Shown here: positions 1 through 8,041 of the stretch, one piece after another
How positions within the stretch are numbered: position 1 is the first letter of the stretch
Layout: each line of letters starts with the position of its first letter
Source of the DNA: Bryobacteraceae bacterium
Lineage (GTDB): Bacteria > Acidobacteriota > Terriglobia > Bryobacterales > Bryobacteraceae
DNA length: 64,000 nt
Assembly: GCA_035507655.1 (NCBI GenBank)
Contig: DATJNW010000105.1
Span: forward strand, 9,660-73,659
Direction of reading: 5' to 3'
The notes under the pieces: generated by a model
Database searches by the model: none
What the model was told of the DNA's origin: nothing
What the model saw: only the letters and a program-made list of their open reading frames with translations
Program-made: the position numbers and the translations under genes

Positions 1-79
1 CTTCGTCGCCCAGGAGCACCAGCAATATCGCCGTCTTTTGCAGACCGGTGAGCTTCGGCGCGGTCGCGATGGCAGCCAT
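1..79 (-). CDS. fliG: flagellar motor switch protein FliG, N-terminal fragment (gene continues beyond the left edge)
   Basis: ATG at 79-77 overlaps the fliF stop (ATGA). The reverse translation reads MAAIATAPKLTGLQKTAILLVLLGDE, a typical FliG N-terminus. Absent from the ORF track because it is truncated by the window edge. Confidence 0.7.
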   Translation of the reverse strand, partial: MAAIATAPKLTGLQKTAILLVLLGDE

Positions 80-1722
80 CAGGCGCTTTCTCCCCGCAAC
101 CAGCCGCGCAGAATACCGGCGCAGACCTCACCGTTTTTCTGCGCAGTCACGCGGAGCTGCGTCGTCAGCACCTCGACCCGGCCCGGTCCGAGACCCGGTA
201 TTTCCGTCGGCGGCGCGAATCGTTCCGGGCTCGCCGCGCGGCCATTTTCAAGCGCCGCCGTGGCCCCCGCGGCGGATCCGGGCAAAGCCCCTTCCACTTG
301 GACGCCGAGAACCTTTCTTTTCGCCTTACGCATCTTGAGCAGCGCCAGCGTGGCTCCGCCGAGCACCAGCACGAACATCCCGATCACGCCGACCAGCAGC
401 TTCGGATTATTGCGGAGCTGCTCCTGCGGCGTCAGCTTCCGGTTCGTTTCCGCCAGCGGCGCATAGGAATTCGGCGGTTCCAGGTTGAGCGTCTGCTCGA
501 ACGGCAGGCTGTCGACGATCAACAAATCTCCGCGGGTGGGATTCAGGCCCACCGCCGCGCTCACCAGGTCGCGAATGGTCTTGAGCCGTTCGTCACTGGG
601 CGCAGTCAGCACGCGTTTTTTGCCGTTGTCTTCCCAATGCACTTCTTGATCGAGCAACACCGAAACGGAAAGCCGTCGAATCGCGCCCTGCGGCAGGACC
701 GTCCGCTTGACCGTTCGCGACGTCTCATAATTGATGCTCTCTGTCTTGCGCGACGTCAATCCGCCGTTCGCCGGGCGCGCGGGAGGCTCCGGAAGGTTCG
801 ATGCCGTTCCTGGAACTCCCGCCGGGCGCGAAGTGCTCGAGGTGTCTTCGGTTTTCTGGGAGCTGACCATCACCGAGCGCGTGGGGTCGAACGTTTCCTC
901 GCTCTGTTCCCCGCTGGTGATGTCGCAATCGGCCGAAACCGCCGTTCGGAAACGCCCGGCGCCGACCAGCGGCTCGAGCGTTGAATTGATTTTCGCGGCG
1001 AGATCCTGCTCCACTTTGTGACGGTACTCGAGCGCTGAGCTGGAGGTCTCGTCATCGGTGGCTCCGGCGCGCTTCGGACGGTTCAACAGATTGCCGCGCA
1101 TGTCCAGCACGGCGACATTGTCCGGCGTCAACCCCTCCACCGCGCTCGCCACCAGGTTGGTGATCGCCGGAATCGCCGTATCGGGCAGAGTTGCGCCGCG
1201 GCGGATCTTGATCAGCACGCTCGCCTTGGCCGGTTCGCGCGAATCCAGAAAAACCGATTCCTGCGGCAGCGAGATATGCACGCGCGCCTGTTCGATCTCC
1301 GCCACCGACATAACCGATCTTTCGAGCTCGCCTTCGAGCGCGCGGCGGTAATTGACGTGTTCGGCGAATTCGGTGATGCCGAACGTGGTTTTGTCGAACA
1401 GCTCGAAACCGATGCGCCCGTTTTTCGGCAATCCCGCGCCGGCCATTTCCAGGCGAAGTTCCGCGACCCGCTCCTCGGGAACCGAGATCGTCGCGCCGTT
1501 GTTGCTCAGGCGATAGGCGACCCCCGTTTCTTTCAATTTCTGTAGCATCGCCGCGGCGTCCTCGGGCGCCAATCCGGTAAACAACGGGCGAAAACCGCTC
1601 TCCCGCTCCCAGACCGACAAGGCATAGATTCCGCCGGCCAGCAACACCGCGACGATACCGATGGTCCACCGCTGGCGGATCGAAAGCGTTCGCAGCAATC
1701 GTAGGATTTGATCTGTGGGCAT
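79..1722 (-). CDS. fliF: flagellar M-ring protein FliF
   Basis: 547 aa. N-terminal TM segment followed by FRPLFTGL..AAAMLQKLKETGVAYRL..GATISVPE, and a C-terminal TM segment. Lies between fliE and fliG. Confidence 0.95.
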   Translation of the reverse strand: MPTDQILRLLRTLSIRQRWTIGIVAVLLAGGIYALSVWERESGFRPLFTGLAPEDAAAMLQKLKETGVAYRLSNNGATISVPEERVAELRLEMAGAGLPKNGRIGFELFDKTTFGITEFAEHVNYRRALEGELERSVMSVAEIEQARVHISLPQESVFLDSREPAKASVLIKIRRGATLPDTAIPAITNLVASAVEGLTPDNVAVLDMRGNLLNRPKRAGATDDETSSSALEYRHKVEQDLAAKINSTLEPLVGAGRFRTAVSADCDITSGEQSEETFDPTRSVMVSSQKTEDTSSTSRPAGVPGTASNLPEPPARPANGGLTSRKTESINYETSRTVKRTVLPQGAIRRLSVSVLLDQEVHWEDNGKKRVLTAPSDERLKTIRDLVSAAVGLNPTRGDLLIVDSLPFEQTLNLEPPNSYAPLAETNRKLTPQEQLRNNPKLLVGVIGMFVLVLGGATLALLKMRKAKRKVLGVQVEGALPGSAAGATAALENGRAASPERFAPPTEIPGLGPGRVEVLTTQLRVTAQKNGEVCAGILRGWLRGESA

Positions 1723-1730
1723 GTAAGAAT

Positions 1731-2039
1731 CTAAACTTGCATTTTCATGATTTCCTGGTACGCCGAAACCACTTTATTGCGTACCTGAAGGAACATCTGG
1801 AATTCGAGATCGGCGCGCTCGCTCGAGAGAATCGTGGCGTGCAGATCGCCGCCTTCGCCGGAAAGAAACTGCTGAATACTTTGGTCGGACGATGCGCGCG
1901 TGCCTTCCACTTCCTGGATCGCGCTGCTCAGGACGTCCCCGAACGGTGTCGTCGAGCCCTGTGCCGCCTCCGGCGCGACCGGCTGCGGCGCGATCGGCGC
2001 GATGGTCGCCAGCGAGGGCATTTTGAGCGTCAGCGACAT
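1731..2039 (-). CDS. fliE: flagellar hook-basal body complex protein FliE
   Basis: 102 aa. The C-terminus LEFQMFLQVRNKVVSAYQEIMKMQV is the conserved FliE tail. Position flgC-fliE-fliF. Confidence 0.9.
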   Translation of the reverse strand: MSLTLKMPSLATIAPIAPQPVAPEAAQGSTTPFGDVLSSAIQEVEGTRASSDQSIQQFLSGEGGDLHATILSSERADLEFQMFLQVRNKVVSAYQEIMKMQV

Positions 2040-2043
2040 GGTT

Positions 2044-2481
2044 CTACCGGAACAGCTCCAGCGATTTTTGAATCATGTCCTTCACCGCCGAGATCGCGGA
2101 TACGTTGGCCTGATAGCTGCGCGACGCGCTGAGCAAGTCCACCATGTCTTCGGCCGGATTCACTCGCGGGTAGGAGACGTAGCCGTCTTTATCGGCGTCC
2201 GGATGGCCCGGCATATATCTTTTTTCCGGTTCGCGCGTGTCGGTAACCACCTGCGCGACGCGCACTCCCTCGGCGCTGCCACCCATCTGGCTGGCATACA
2301 GCGAGGAGAATTCGCCGGTGGAAGGGTCGGCCTCGAATATCACGTCTTTGCGCCGGTAAGGACCGCCTTCCGGAGTGCGCGTGGTATCCGAATTGGCGAG
2401 ATTTTCCACCAGCAGCTCGGTGCGTTCTCTTTGCGCCGACATCCCCGACGCGCTGACCGACAACGCGGAAAGAAGGTTCAT
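2044..2481 (-). CDS. flgC: flagellar basal-body rod protein FlgC
   Basis: 145 aa. Contains SASGMSAQRERTELLVENLANSDTTRT and a C-terminal SYQANVSAISAVKDM rod-protein motif. Confidence 0.95.
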   Translation of the reverse strand: MNLLSALSVSASGMSAQRERTELLVENLANSDTTRTPEGGPYRRKDVIFEADPSTGEFSSLYASQMGGSAEGVRVAQVVTDTREPEKRYMPGHPDADKDGYVSYPRVNPAEDMVDLLSASRSYQANVSAISAVKDMIQKSLELFR

Positions 2482-2813
2482 GAGGTCTTCCCATCCTGGA
2501 TCGCCAGCTTAATATTCGCCAGATCGCTGCGCGCGAAATCGGTGGCAATCTGGAATCGCAGTGTGTTTTCCGCCAGCAGCCGCGCTTCGCGGTCCAGATC
2601 GACGTTGTTGCCGTCCGGCTTGACGGCAAGGTTTGGCGGCTCGATGACCGCTGGCTGGCCGCCCATCGCATTTTCAAATTCGGCCTGGAAATCGATGTCC
2701 TGGGTGCGATAGCCGGGCGTATCCACATTGGCGATGTTGGAGGCGACCAATTTCTGCCGCTCGCTCAACAGGCTCATGTAGCGTTCGTAATTGGCTTCGA
2801 TGCCTTCGAACAT
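2478..2813 (-). CDS. flgB: flagellar basal-body rod protein FlgB
   Basis: Contains LVASNIANVDTPGYRTQDIDF. I chose the ATG at 2813 (MFEGIEANY...) rather than the TTG at 2837 given in the ORF track. 4-nt overlap with flgC. Confidence 0.9.
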   Translation of the reverse strand: MFEGIEANYERYMSLLSERQKLVASNIANVDTPGYRTQDIDFQAEFENAMGGQPAVIEPPNLAVKPDGNNVDLDREARLLAENTLRFQIATDFARSDLANIKLAIQDGKTS

Positions 2814-2828
2814 GACGCTGCCGCGTGG

Positions 2829-2844
2829 TGCACGCAATCCGCCA
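2829..2844 (-). promoter_or_regulatory. candidate sigma-54 (-24/-12) promoter of the flgB-flgC-fliE-fliF-fliG operon
   Basis: The minus strand reads TGGCGGATTGCGTGCA (GG-N10-GC), matching 8 of 12 defined positions of TGGCACG-N4-TTGCW. It sits in the 107-bp gap upstream of flgB. A sigma-54 activator is encoded at 16226-17587. Confidence 0.4.
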
Positions 2845-2920
2845 GCCTAAGTCGTTGGTTTTGCGAAAGCTGTTCGCCGTCGGGCGTCATAAATCCAACG
2901 CCGCCGTTGAGTTTTCGACG

Positions 2921-3208
2921 CTATCCTTCGAAGTCCACCCGCGTTGCGCCCGCGGCCGGCCAGGCGTAGGCGCCCTGACGCACAACCTGCGTAAGCCGGC
3001 GTTGCGTGTGCGCTCTCCGCGCGAGCAGAACCTGGCGCGCCCAGGCTAACAGATCGAGTATCTGCGCCGCGATCCCGGGGCGCTCCGCGGCCGTTGCCGC
3101 GGACCAGCGCAGTTCCACTTCCTGCCGCAGGTCGCTGAGCAGGCGATCGGCCGCGCCCAGATTTCCTGCGCACACCGCCGCGCGAAATTCAGCCGTTTTG
3201 GATTGCAT
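2921..3208 (-). CDS. hypothetical small helical protein overlapping the 3' end of fliD (candidate flagellar chaperone/regulator)
   Basis: 95 aa. The ATG at 3208 overlaps the fliD stop region by 20 nt. It occupies the fliD-downstream slot where fliS/fliT normally sit. It resembles the ORF at 5683-6003 (see findings). Confidence 0.5.
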   Translation of the reverse strand: MQSKTAEFRAAVCAGNLGAADRLLSDLRQEVELRWSAATAAERPGIAAQILDLLAWARQVLLARRAHTQRRLTQVVRQGAYAWPAAGATRVDFEG

Positions 3209-4571
3209 CCTGCGTGTCCGTGAAGAGGCTGGTAAAGTAAGTCACCTGCGACTCGAGCGAAGCGATCGTCGCGTCGGCCTGCGACATCTGGGCCGTCAAA
3301 TTATTCTGCATCGTGGTGATGCGGCTTTGCGTCTCGGTGATCTCCTGATTGTCCGCGGTAATCTGCTGCTGATAGGAATCCTGGGTCTGCGCGAACAATC
3401 CCGTGCCGACGTCTTCCAGGCCATTCAGCACATTCGTTGCCGTCCCCAGAAAGCCTCCGCCGGCGGACGACCCCAGAAAATTGGCGACATCGTTGGGGTC
3501 CGACGCCGCGGCGCTCTCGAAGGTGGCCTGGTCGAAGCTCAACTGGCCCTGGGAGTTGAAGGTCAAGCCCAGATCGCTCAGGTTCTGCACACCGCCGCTC
3601 CCGCCGGAATACTGGACCAGGCTTTGCAACTGCTGGCCGAGCTGAAGAACAATGCTCTGGCCGGTCAGAGCGCCGCCGCTGGTTCCGTGATTCGCATCGA
3701 GGTCGCTCAGTGCCTGGTTATACGCCGTGGCGAACGCCGAAAGCGCACTCGCGGCGGCCGAAGAATCCGGCGCCACTGTCACCGTCGTTTCTCCCGCCTC
3801 CAGCAGATTCGCCGTCACGCCCGGGGCGATGGTCACCGTGCTGCTGTCCGAGGAAATCGGCGTCGACGGCTGCCCGTCCACCTGATATTGGGCCGGTGTG
3901 CCCGCCGCCAAAACGCTCAACAGATTCTGGGTTCCGTCGTTGAGCTGAATGGAGCTGTCGCCGAGCGAGGTGCTTTGCAGGCTGAGCCGGTAGTCGGGAG
4001 CAGTCGGCGAGCCGATATTAATTATCGTCGCGGTGACCCCATAATCGCCGGCATTGATCGCTTCGGTCAACCCGTTCAAGGTATCCGCCGCCGGCGTAAC
4101 GGTGTAGTTGGAGCCGTTGACCGTCAGCGTATAAGTGGATGAGCTGCTGATGGAGCTGCTGCTCGGATCCGTCACCGTGGGTAAACCCGCGCTGCTGAGC
4201 GTCGTGGTTGCCGATCCCGCGCTGACCACGTTCAGAGTATAGGTGCCGGCGCTGGTCGCCGCGGAAGAGTCCACCGTGACCGAGGCGACGGAGTTGTCCG
4301 ATGCCGTCGCGGACAGCGAGTTGGTTCCGCTCGCCGAGGAAAGGTTTCCGATGGCGGTCTGAAGACTTGAGAAATCGTTGGTGAGGGTGGTTAGCTCGCT
4401 CGACTGGACTTGCAGCGAGGATACGTTGTCCTGGAGCTCGGTCAGAGGAATGGAAGCGATGGTGACCGCCTGGTTGATGGCCTGTTGCAGGTCGCCCGCG
4501 TACTGGCTGGTTCCGTTAAAACTCGACACCCCTGAGGTCAGTGAGCTCAGTGAGGTCGCACTCGTTCCCAT
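3189..4571 (-). CDS. fliD: flagellar filament capping protein FliD
   Basis: 460 aa. N-terminal SSFNGTSQYAGDLQQAINQAVTIASIPLTELQ and C-terminal coiled-coil TTMQNNLTAQMSQADATIASLESQVTYFTSLF. RBS CAGGAGGA 5 nt upstream. Confidence 0.9.
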   Translation of the reverse strand: MGTSATSLSSLTSGVSSFNGTSQYAGDLQQAINQAVTIASIPLTELQDNVSSLQVQSSELTTLTNDFSSLQTAIGNLSSASGTNSLSATASDNSVASVTVDSSAATSAGTYTLNVVSAGSATTTLSSAGLPTVTDPSSSSISSSSTYTLTVNGSNYTVTPAADTLNGLTEAINAGDYGVTATIINIGSPTAPDYRLSLQSTSLGDSSIQLNDGTQNLLSVLAAGTPAQYQVDGQPSTPISSDSSTVTIAPGVTANLLEAGETTVTVAPDSSAAASALSAFATAYNQALSDLDANHGTSGGALTGQSIVLQLGQQLQSLVQYSGGSGGVQNLSDLGLTFNSQGQLSFDQATFESAAASDPNDVANFLGSSAGGGFLGTATNVLNGLEDVGTGLFAQTQDSYQQQITADNQEITETQSRITTMQNNLTAQMSQADATIASLESQVTYFTSLFTDTQDAIQNG

Positions 4572-4583
4572 TTTGTCCTCCTG

Positions 4584-4638
4584 AAAAAAACCGGATCCCG
4601 GGCCGTTCTCCTTTAGGAAGATCGGCCCGAGAATCCGG
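4584..4638 (-). terminator. rho-independent terminator/attenuator between fliC and fliD
   Basis: The minus-strand arms CCGGATTCTCGGGCCG and CGGCCCGGGATCCGG (one bulge, 17-nt loop) are followed by T7. The fliD RBS follows immediately after the T-tract. Confidence 0.6.
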
Positions 4639-4670
4639 CAACATTAGTTCGACGGAGAACCGTCGTCAGT

Positions 4671-5516
4671 TTACGAGAAGAGTTTCAACAACGCCTCCGG
4701 TTCGGCATTGGCTTGCGCCAGCGCGGCGACCGAGGATTGCTGTAAGACTTGACCCTGCGTCAGGGCCGCGGCTTCCTGCGCGACGTTAGCGTCGCGAATA
4801 TCCGATTCCGCGGCCGATTCGTTGGTGATCTGCGAATTGGCCAGGCCGATGGCGTAGTTCAAATCGTTTTCGCCGTCACCCACCGAGCCCTGCACCAGTC
4901 CCAGCGCCTGCACCGCGCTGTTGATATCGGTGATGGCTGTCTGCGCGTGCGCCGCCGTGTCCACCGCGGCGGTGCTGATTCCCAGTCCGCCGGAATCGAC
5001 GATGTTCGCCGACCCGCTTAGATTGATGACCACCTGCGAGTTGGTCTGGCTGCTTCCGCCGCCGATGTACACGTCGATCACGTTGTTGTACTGCGACGCC
5101 GTGGTGCCGCCGCCGCCGCTCGCCAGTCCGATGTTCGCCGCCTGGCGGTTGATTTCTCCGAGCAGCGTCTGAAATTCCTCGTTCAGGGTCGAGCGGCTGC
5201 CGCTGAACGTGCCGCTGGCCGACTGCGTCGCCAGTTGCTGAAGCTGATCAAGAATGTTGGAAATGTTGTTCAGACCGCCGTCGATCGTTTGCAGGATGGC
5301 AGAGCCGTCATTGGCATTGCTGACGCCTTGCTGCAATTCCGTCACGTCCGCGCGGAGTCCGTTCGCCACCGCCAGACCGCCGGGATCATCGCCCGAATCG
5401 TTGATGCGATAACCCGAAGTCAACTGCGTGATGGCATTGTCCAGTGAGTTGGTGTTGATCTGCAGATTTTGCTGAGCCTGCAGTGACTCGATATTCGTTT
5501 GAAACGAAAGAGACAT
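4671..5516 (-). CDS. fliC: flagellin (short form, D0/D1 domains only)
   Basis: 281 aa. N-terminal LTSGYRINDSGDDPGGLAVANGLRADVTELQQGVSNANDG and C-terminal IRDANVAQEAAALTQGQVLQQSSVAALAQAN flagellin signatures. Confidence 0.95.
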   Translation of the reverse strand: MSLSFQTNIESLQAQQNLQINTNSLDNAITQLTSGYRINDSGDDPGGLAVANGLRADVTELQQGVSNANDGSAILQTIDGGLNNISNILDQLQQLATQSASGTFSGSRSTLNEEFQTLLGEINRQAANIGLASGGGGTTASQYNNVIDVYIGGGSSQTNSQVVINLSGSANIVDSGGLGISTAAVDTAAHAQTAITDINSAVQALGLVQGSVGDGENDLNYAIGLANSQITNESAAESDIRDANVAQEAAALTQGQVLQQSSVAALAQANAEPEALLKLFS

Positions 5517-5581
5517 ACGCTTGGTCCTTCTCTAGGTGAATTCACGGCGTCTCGCCGGACCGCCTGAATCCTACTTTTTTC

Positions 5582-5610
5582 TCAGCGGCGATATGCTTGT
5601 CGAAAATTTC
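5582..5610 (-). promoter_or_regulatory. candidate sigma-28 promoter of fliC
   Basis: The minus strand reads GAAATTTT-N13-GCCGCTGA against the consensus TAAAGTTT-N11-GCCGATAA (6/8 and 6/8). About 65 nt upstream of the fliC ATG. An A/T tract at 5625-5646 sits where an UP element would. Confidence 0.3.
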
Positions 5611-5682
5611 AAGCGCCATTTCAGTTTTTTTTATTTGAAAAAAAAACGGCCCGGTCCTCGAATTTTTCCGCTTCGGTACGAT

Positions 5683-6003
5683 ATGTCCTGCGTGCAATCC
5701 TTCCTCTCCGTGTCTGAATGCGCGAGAATCCTGCTCGCTGCCTGCAACAGCGGTGACTCCCGGACGATTCAGGACGCCATTTCCCTGGCGCACACGGTCC
5801 GGAGCGCTGCGCTCACCGGCGCCGACGCAGAACGATTGGAACTGGTTCGCGAAGCCAGTCTTGTGATTGGCGGATGGATGCACGGCCACAAGAGCACCGC
5901 GGACCGCGACGCCAGCCTGATGGTGCTGCGCCATATGGTCCGTTCGGATCGTTTACAAACGGCCTGTGCGACCCTCACCGCTTACGGCAGTTCTTCCACC
6001 TGA
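5683..6003 (+). CDS. hypothetical small helical protein between fliC and fliM (start uncertain)
   Basis: The internal ATG of ORF 5536-6003 gives 106 aa (MSCVQSFLSV...). The sequence is protein-like and helical, and it resembles the ORF at 2921-3208. No clear RBS. The 3' end overlaps the fliM stop by 22 nt. Confidence 0.3.
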   Translation: MSCVQSFLSVSECARILLAACNSGDSRTIQDAISLAHTVRSAALTGADAERLELVREASLVIGGWMHGHKSTADRDASLMVLRHMVRSDRLQTACATLTAYGSSST

Positions 6004-6821
6004 AACGCACGCTTGCCCCCCGCGCTGACGATGACGCACGGGATGGAAACAGAGCCGTTGACCACCGCCCGAACCGGTTTTTTCAGGGGATAGTCGAACC
6101 CGATCACTTTTCCGGGATGGACGTTGGCAAGTTCCTGGAACACCATCGTCGGCCCGTCGAGCAGTACTTCCACCTCGACCACCGCCTCGCCCAGCAGCTT
6201 TAAATTGTTCTCTGCGTCGCCCGCGGCGGGCTGGCCCTCGTTTGACCGCTCCTGTTCGAACAGGGTGCGCGGAACCGCGATTTGGAAGCTCCCCTCCAAC
6301 TCGTTGAAACGAAGCGCGAAGGCGAGTTGAACCATCGGCAGCACCGCGTCCGGGAACGGCAGCAGATCGGGGTCGCTTTCGAGCTTCAGGACGTGAAATT
6401 CGACCGAATGAAACGCTTTCCAGGACTCGCCCAGTGACCGTACCAGGATCCGAACCACTTCCTCAAGCAGGCCCCACTCGATTTCCGTAAGGACCCGGGC
6501 CTCCGCGCGCGTCGAACCGGAACCACCCAACAGCAACTCCAGCAATCCGAATACGCTGACCGGGTCGAAAGCGAGAATCATCTGTTCCGGACGCGGGTCC
6601 AGCCGGAAGGAAACGAAACAGCCCGGCGCTTCCACCGTGCGGCGGTAATCGCCGGCGGTAGTAAAGGAAACGGAATCGAGCGCAACACCGATTTCGGCCT
6701 GAAGAAAGGTCGAAAGCGCGCCCGCCAGGTTCCGCGCAAACGTCTCATGAACGCTGCGAATTACGCGATTTTGGGGCGAATCGGAATCGTTCCGCACCAG
6801 CAGCAAGGGAGTTCTCCTCAA
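5982..6821 (-). CDS. fliM: flagellar motor switch protein FliM (short N-terminus)
   Basis: Contains HETFARNLAGALSTFLQAEIGVALDSV and a C-terminal SpoA-like GKVIGFDYPLKKPVRAVVNGSVSI. A GAGGAG RBS at 6819-6814 suggests the true start is the TTG at 6806. Confidence 0.85.
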   Translation of the reverse strand: MRRTPLLLVRNDSDSPQNRVIRSVHETFARNLAGALSTFLQAEIGVALDSVSFTTAGDYRRTVEAPGCFVSFRLDPRPEQMILAFDPVSVFGLLELLLGGSGSTRAEARVLTEIEWGLLEEVVRILVRSLGESWKAFHSVEFHVLKLESDPDLLPFPDAVLPMVQLAFALRFNELEGSFQIAVPRTLFEQERSNEGQPAAGDAENNLKLLGEAVVEVEVLLDGPTMVFQELANVHPGKVIGFDYPLKKPVRAVVNGSVSIPCVIVSAGGKRAFQVEELP

Positions 6822-6898
6822 GCATTCATCGTCTGCCGCCGCAGCTTCCTATAGGCCTGCTCAGGGTTTTACCCGAGTTCGATTTAGCCGGGTAGAGG

Positions 6899-6925
6899 TA
6901 AACAATCGCCGATTCTCATCGATAT
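6899..6925 (+). promoter_or_regulatory. candidate sigma-28 promoter of flbD-motA-motB
   Basis: TAAA (6899-6902), N15, then ATCGATAT (6918-6925), against the consensus TAAA-N15-GCCGATAA. 24 nt upstream of the flbD ATG. Confidence 0.45.
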
Positions 6926-6948
6926 GCTGTCGTGACCCAGAGACTCCT

Positions 6949-7191
6949 ATGATAAAACTCACCCGATTGAACCAGGTTCCGCTTTATTTGAACTCAGACC
7001 TGATCGAGCACATCGACTCCACTCCCGATACCGTGGTCTCCCTCATCTCGGGACAGAAGTTTCTGGTCTCCGAGACGCCGGAAGAAGTGGTGGAAAAAAT
7101 CATCGCCTTCCGCAAGGCCGTGCTGGTGGACAGCTCCGCGCACCTGGCCGGCGCCCGCCATTTGATCGAAACCTGCGCGCATGCCAGATAA
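6949..7191 (+). CDS. flbD: flagellar protein FlbD
   Basis: 80 aa. MIKLTRLNQVPLYLNSDLIEHIDSTPDTVVSLISGQKFLVSETPEEVVEKI is the FlbD family pattern. Directly upstream of motA. Confidence 0.85.
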   Translation: MIKLTRLNQVPLYLNSDLIEHIDSTPDTVVSLISGQKFLVSETPEEVVEKIIAFRKAVLVDSSAHLAGARHLIETCAHAR

Positions 7192-8035
7192 AGAACCGGG
7201 CAAGGCTAAACTCCGCTCCACGCGTCCCGACGTTGCCAGTCTCTTGGGTATTGCCGTTGCTGTGGGCGCGCTGATCGGCGGGTTGATCCTTGACGGCGGC
7301 AAGATCTCCGATGTCACCCAGATCACCGCGGCGATCATCGTCCTGGGCGGCACGCTCGGCGCGGTCATGGTCACTTCGCCGCTGTCCTCGCTGATTTCCG
7401 CGGCCGCCGGCTTGAAAAAAGTTTTCCTCGAAGAAGCGATCGACAATGACGCCGCGATCGAGGAGATTGTGGCGTACGCCACCAAGGCCCGCAAGAGCAG
7501 CCTCATCTCGCTCGAAGAGGACCTGGAAAAAATCTCCGAACCATTTCTCAAAAAGGCCCTCACTCTCGCCGTGGATGGCACCGACCTTCACGAATTGCGC
7601 AAGATCGTCGAGCTCGACCTGGAGCAGGGCGAGAAAAAAGCCGAGGCGCAAGCCAAAGTTTTCGAAGCCGCCGGCGGTTATTCTCCGACCATCGGCATTA
7701 TTGGCGCCGTCATGGGCCTCATCCAGGTGATGAAACACCTGGAAAATATCGACGAGGTCGGCAAGGGAATCGCCATTGCGTTCGTCGCCACGGTGTATGG
7801 CGTCGCCGTCGCAAATCTTTTCTTCCTGCCTGCCGCGAACAAGCTTAAATCCCGTGCTCAGAAAGAGATGCAGCTCCAGGAACTGATGATGGAAGGGGTT
7901 AGCAGCATTCTGGAGGGGATGAATCCGAAGCTGATTCGCGTGAAATTGGAAGCGTTTTCGCAAAATCACGGGAAAAAAGTCAAAGCCGCGGCGGAGAAAA
8001 GCGGCGCCGGGGCGCCCGCGGCCGCTGAAGGGTAG
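7181..8035 (+). CDS. motA: flagellar stator protein MotA
   Basis: 284 aa with 4 TM segments. Contains GGYSPTIGIIGAVMGLI..AIAFVATVYGVAVANLFFLP, the MotA/TolQ/ExbB channel motif. Confidence 0.9.
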   Translation: MPDKEPGKAKLRSTRPDVASLLGIAVAVGALIGGLILDGGKISDVTQITAAIIVLGGTLGAVMVTSPLSSLISAAAGLKKVFLEEAIDNDAAIEEIVAYATKARKSSLISLEEDLEKISEPFLKKALTLAVDGTDLHELRKIVELDLEQGEKKAEAQAKVFEAAGGYSPTIGIIGAVMGLIQVMKHLENIDEVGKGIAIAFVATVYGVAVANLFFLPAANKLKSRAQKEMQLQELMMEGVSSILEGMNPKLIRVKLEAFSQNHGKKVKAAAEKSGAGAPAAAEG

Positions 8036-8041
8036 CCGCCT

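Noticed and set aside
5542-5934. 130-aa minus-strand ORF between fliC and fliM.
   Set aside because: It has implausible composition and covers the fliC promoter and leader. The opposite-strand ORF (5683-6003) is more protein-like and has a paralog, although it too remains low confidence.
6843-6858. Sigma-54-like AGGCCTATAGGAAGCT upstream of fliM.
   Set aside because: The GG-N10-GC spacing is correct, but the flanks are poor: it has AAGCT instead of TTGCW and lacks the leading T. This is too weak to call without transcription-start data.
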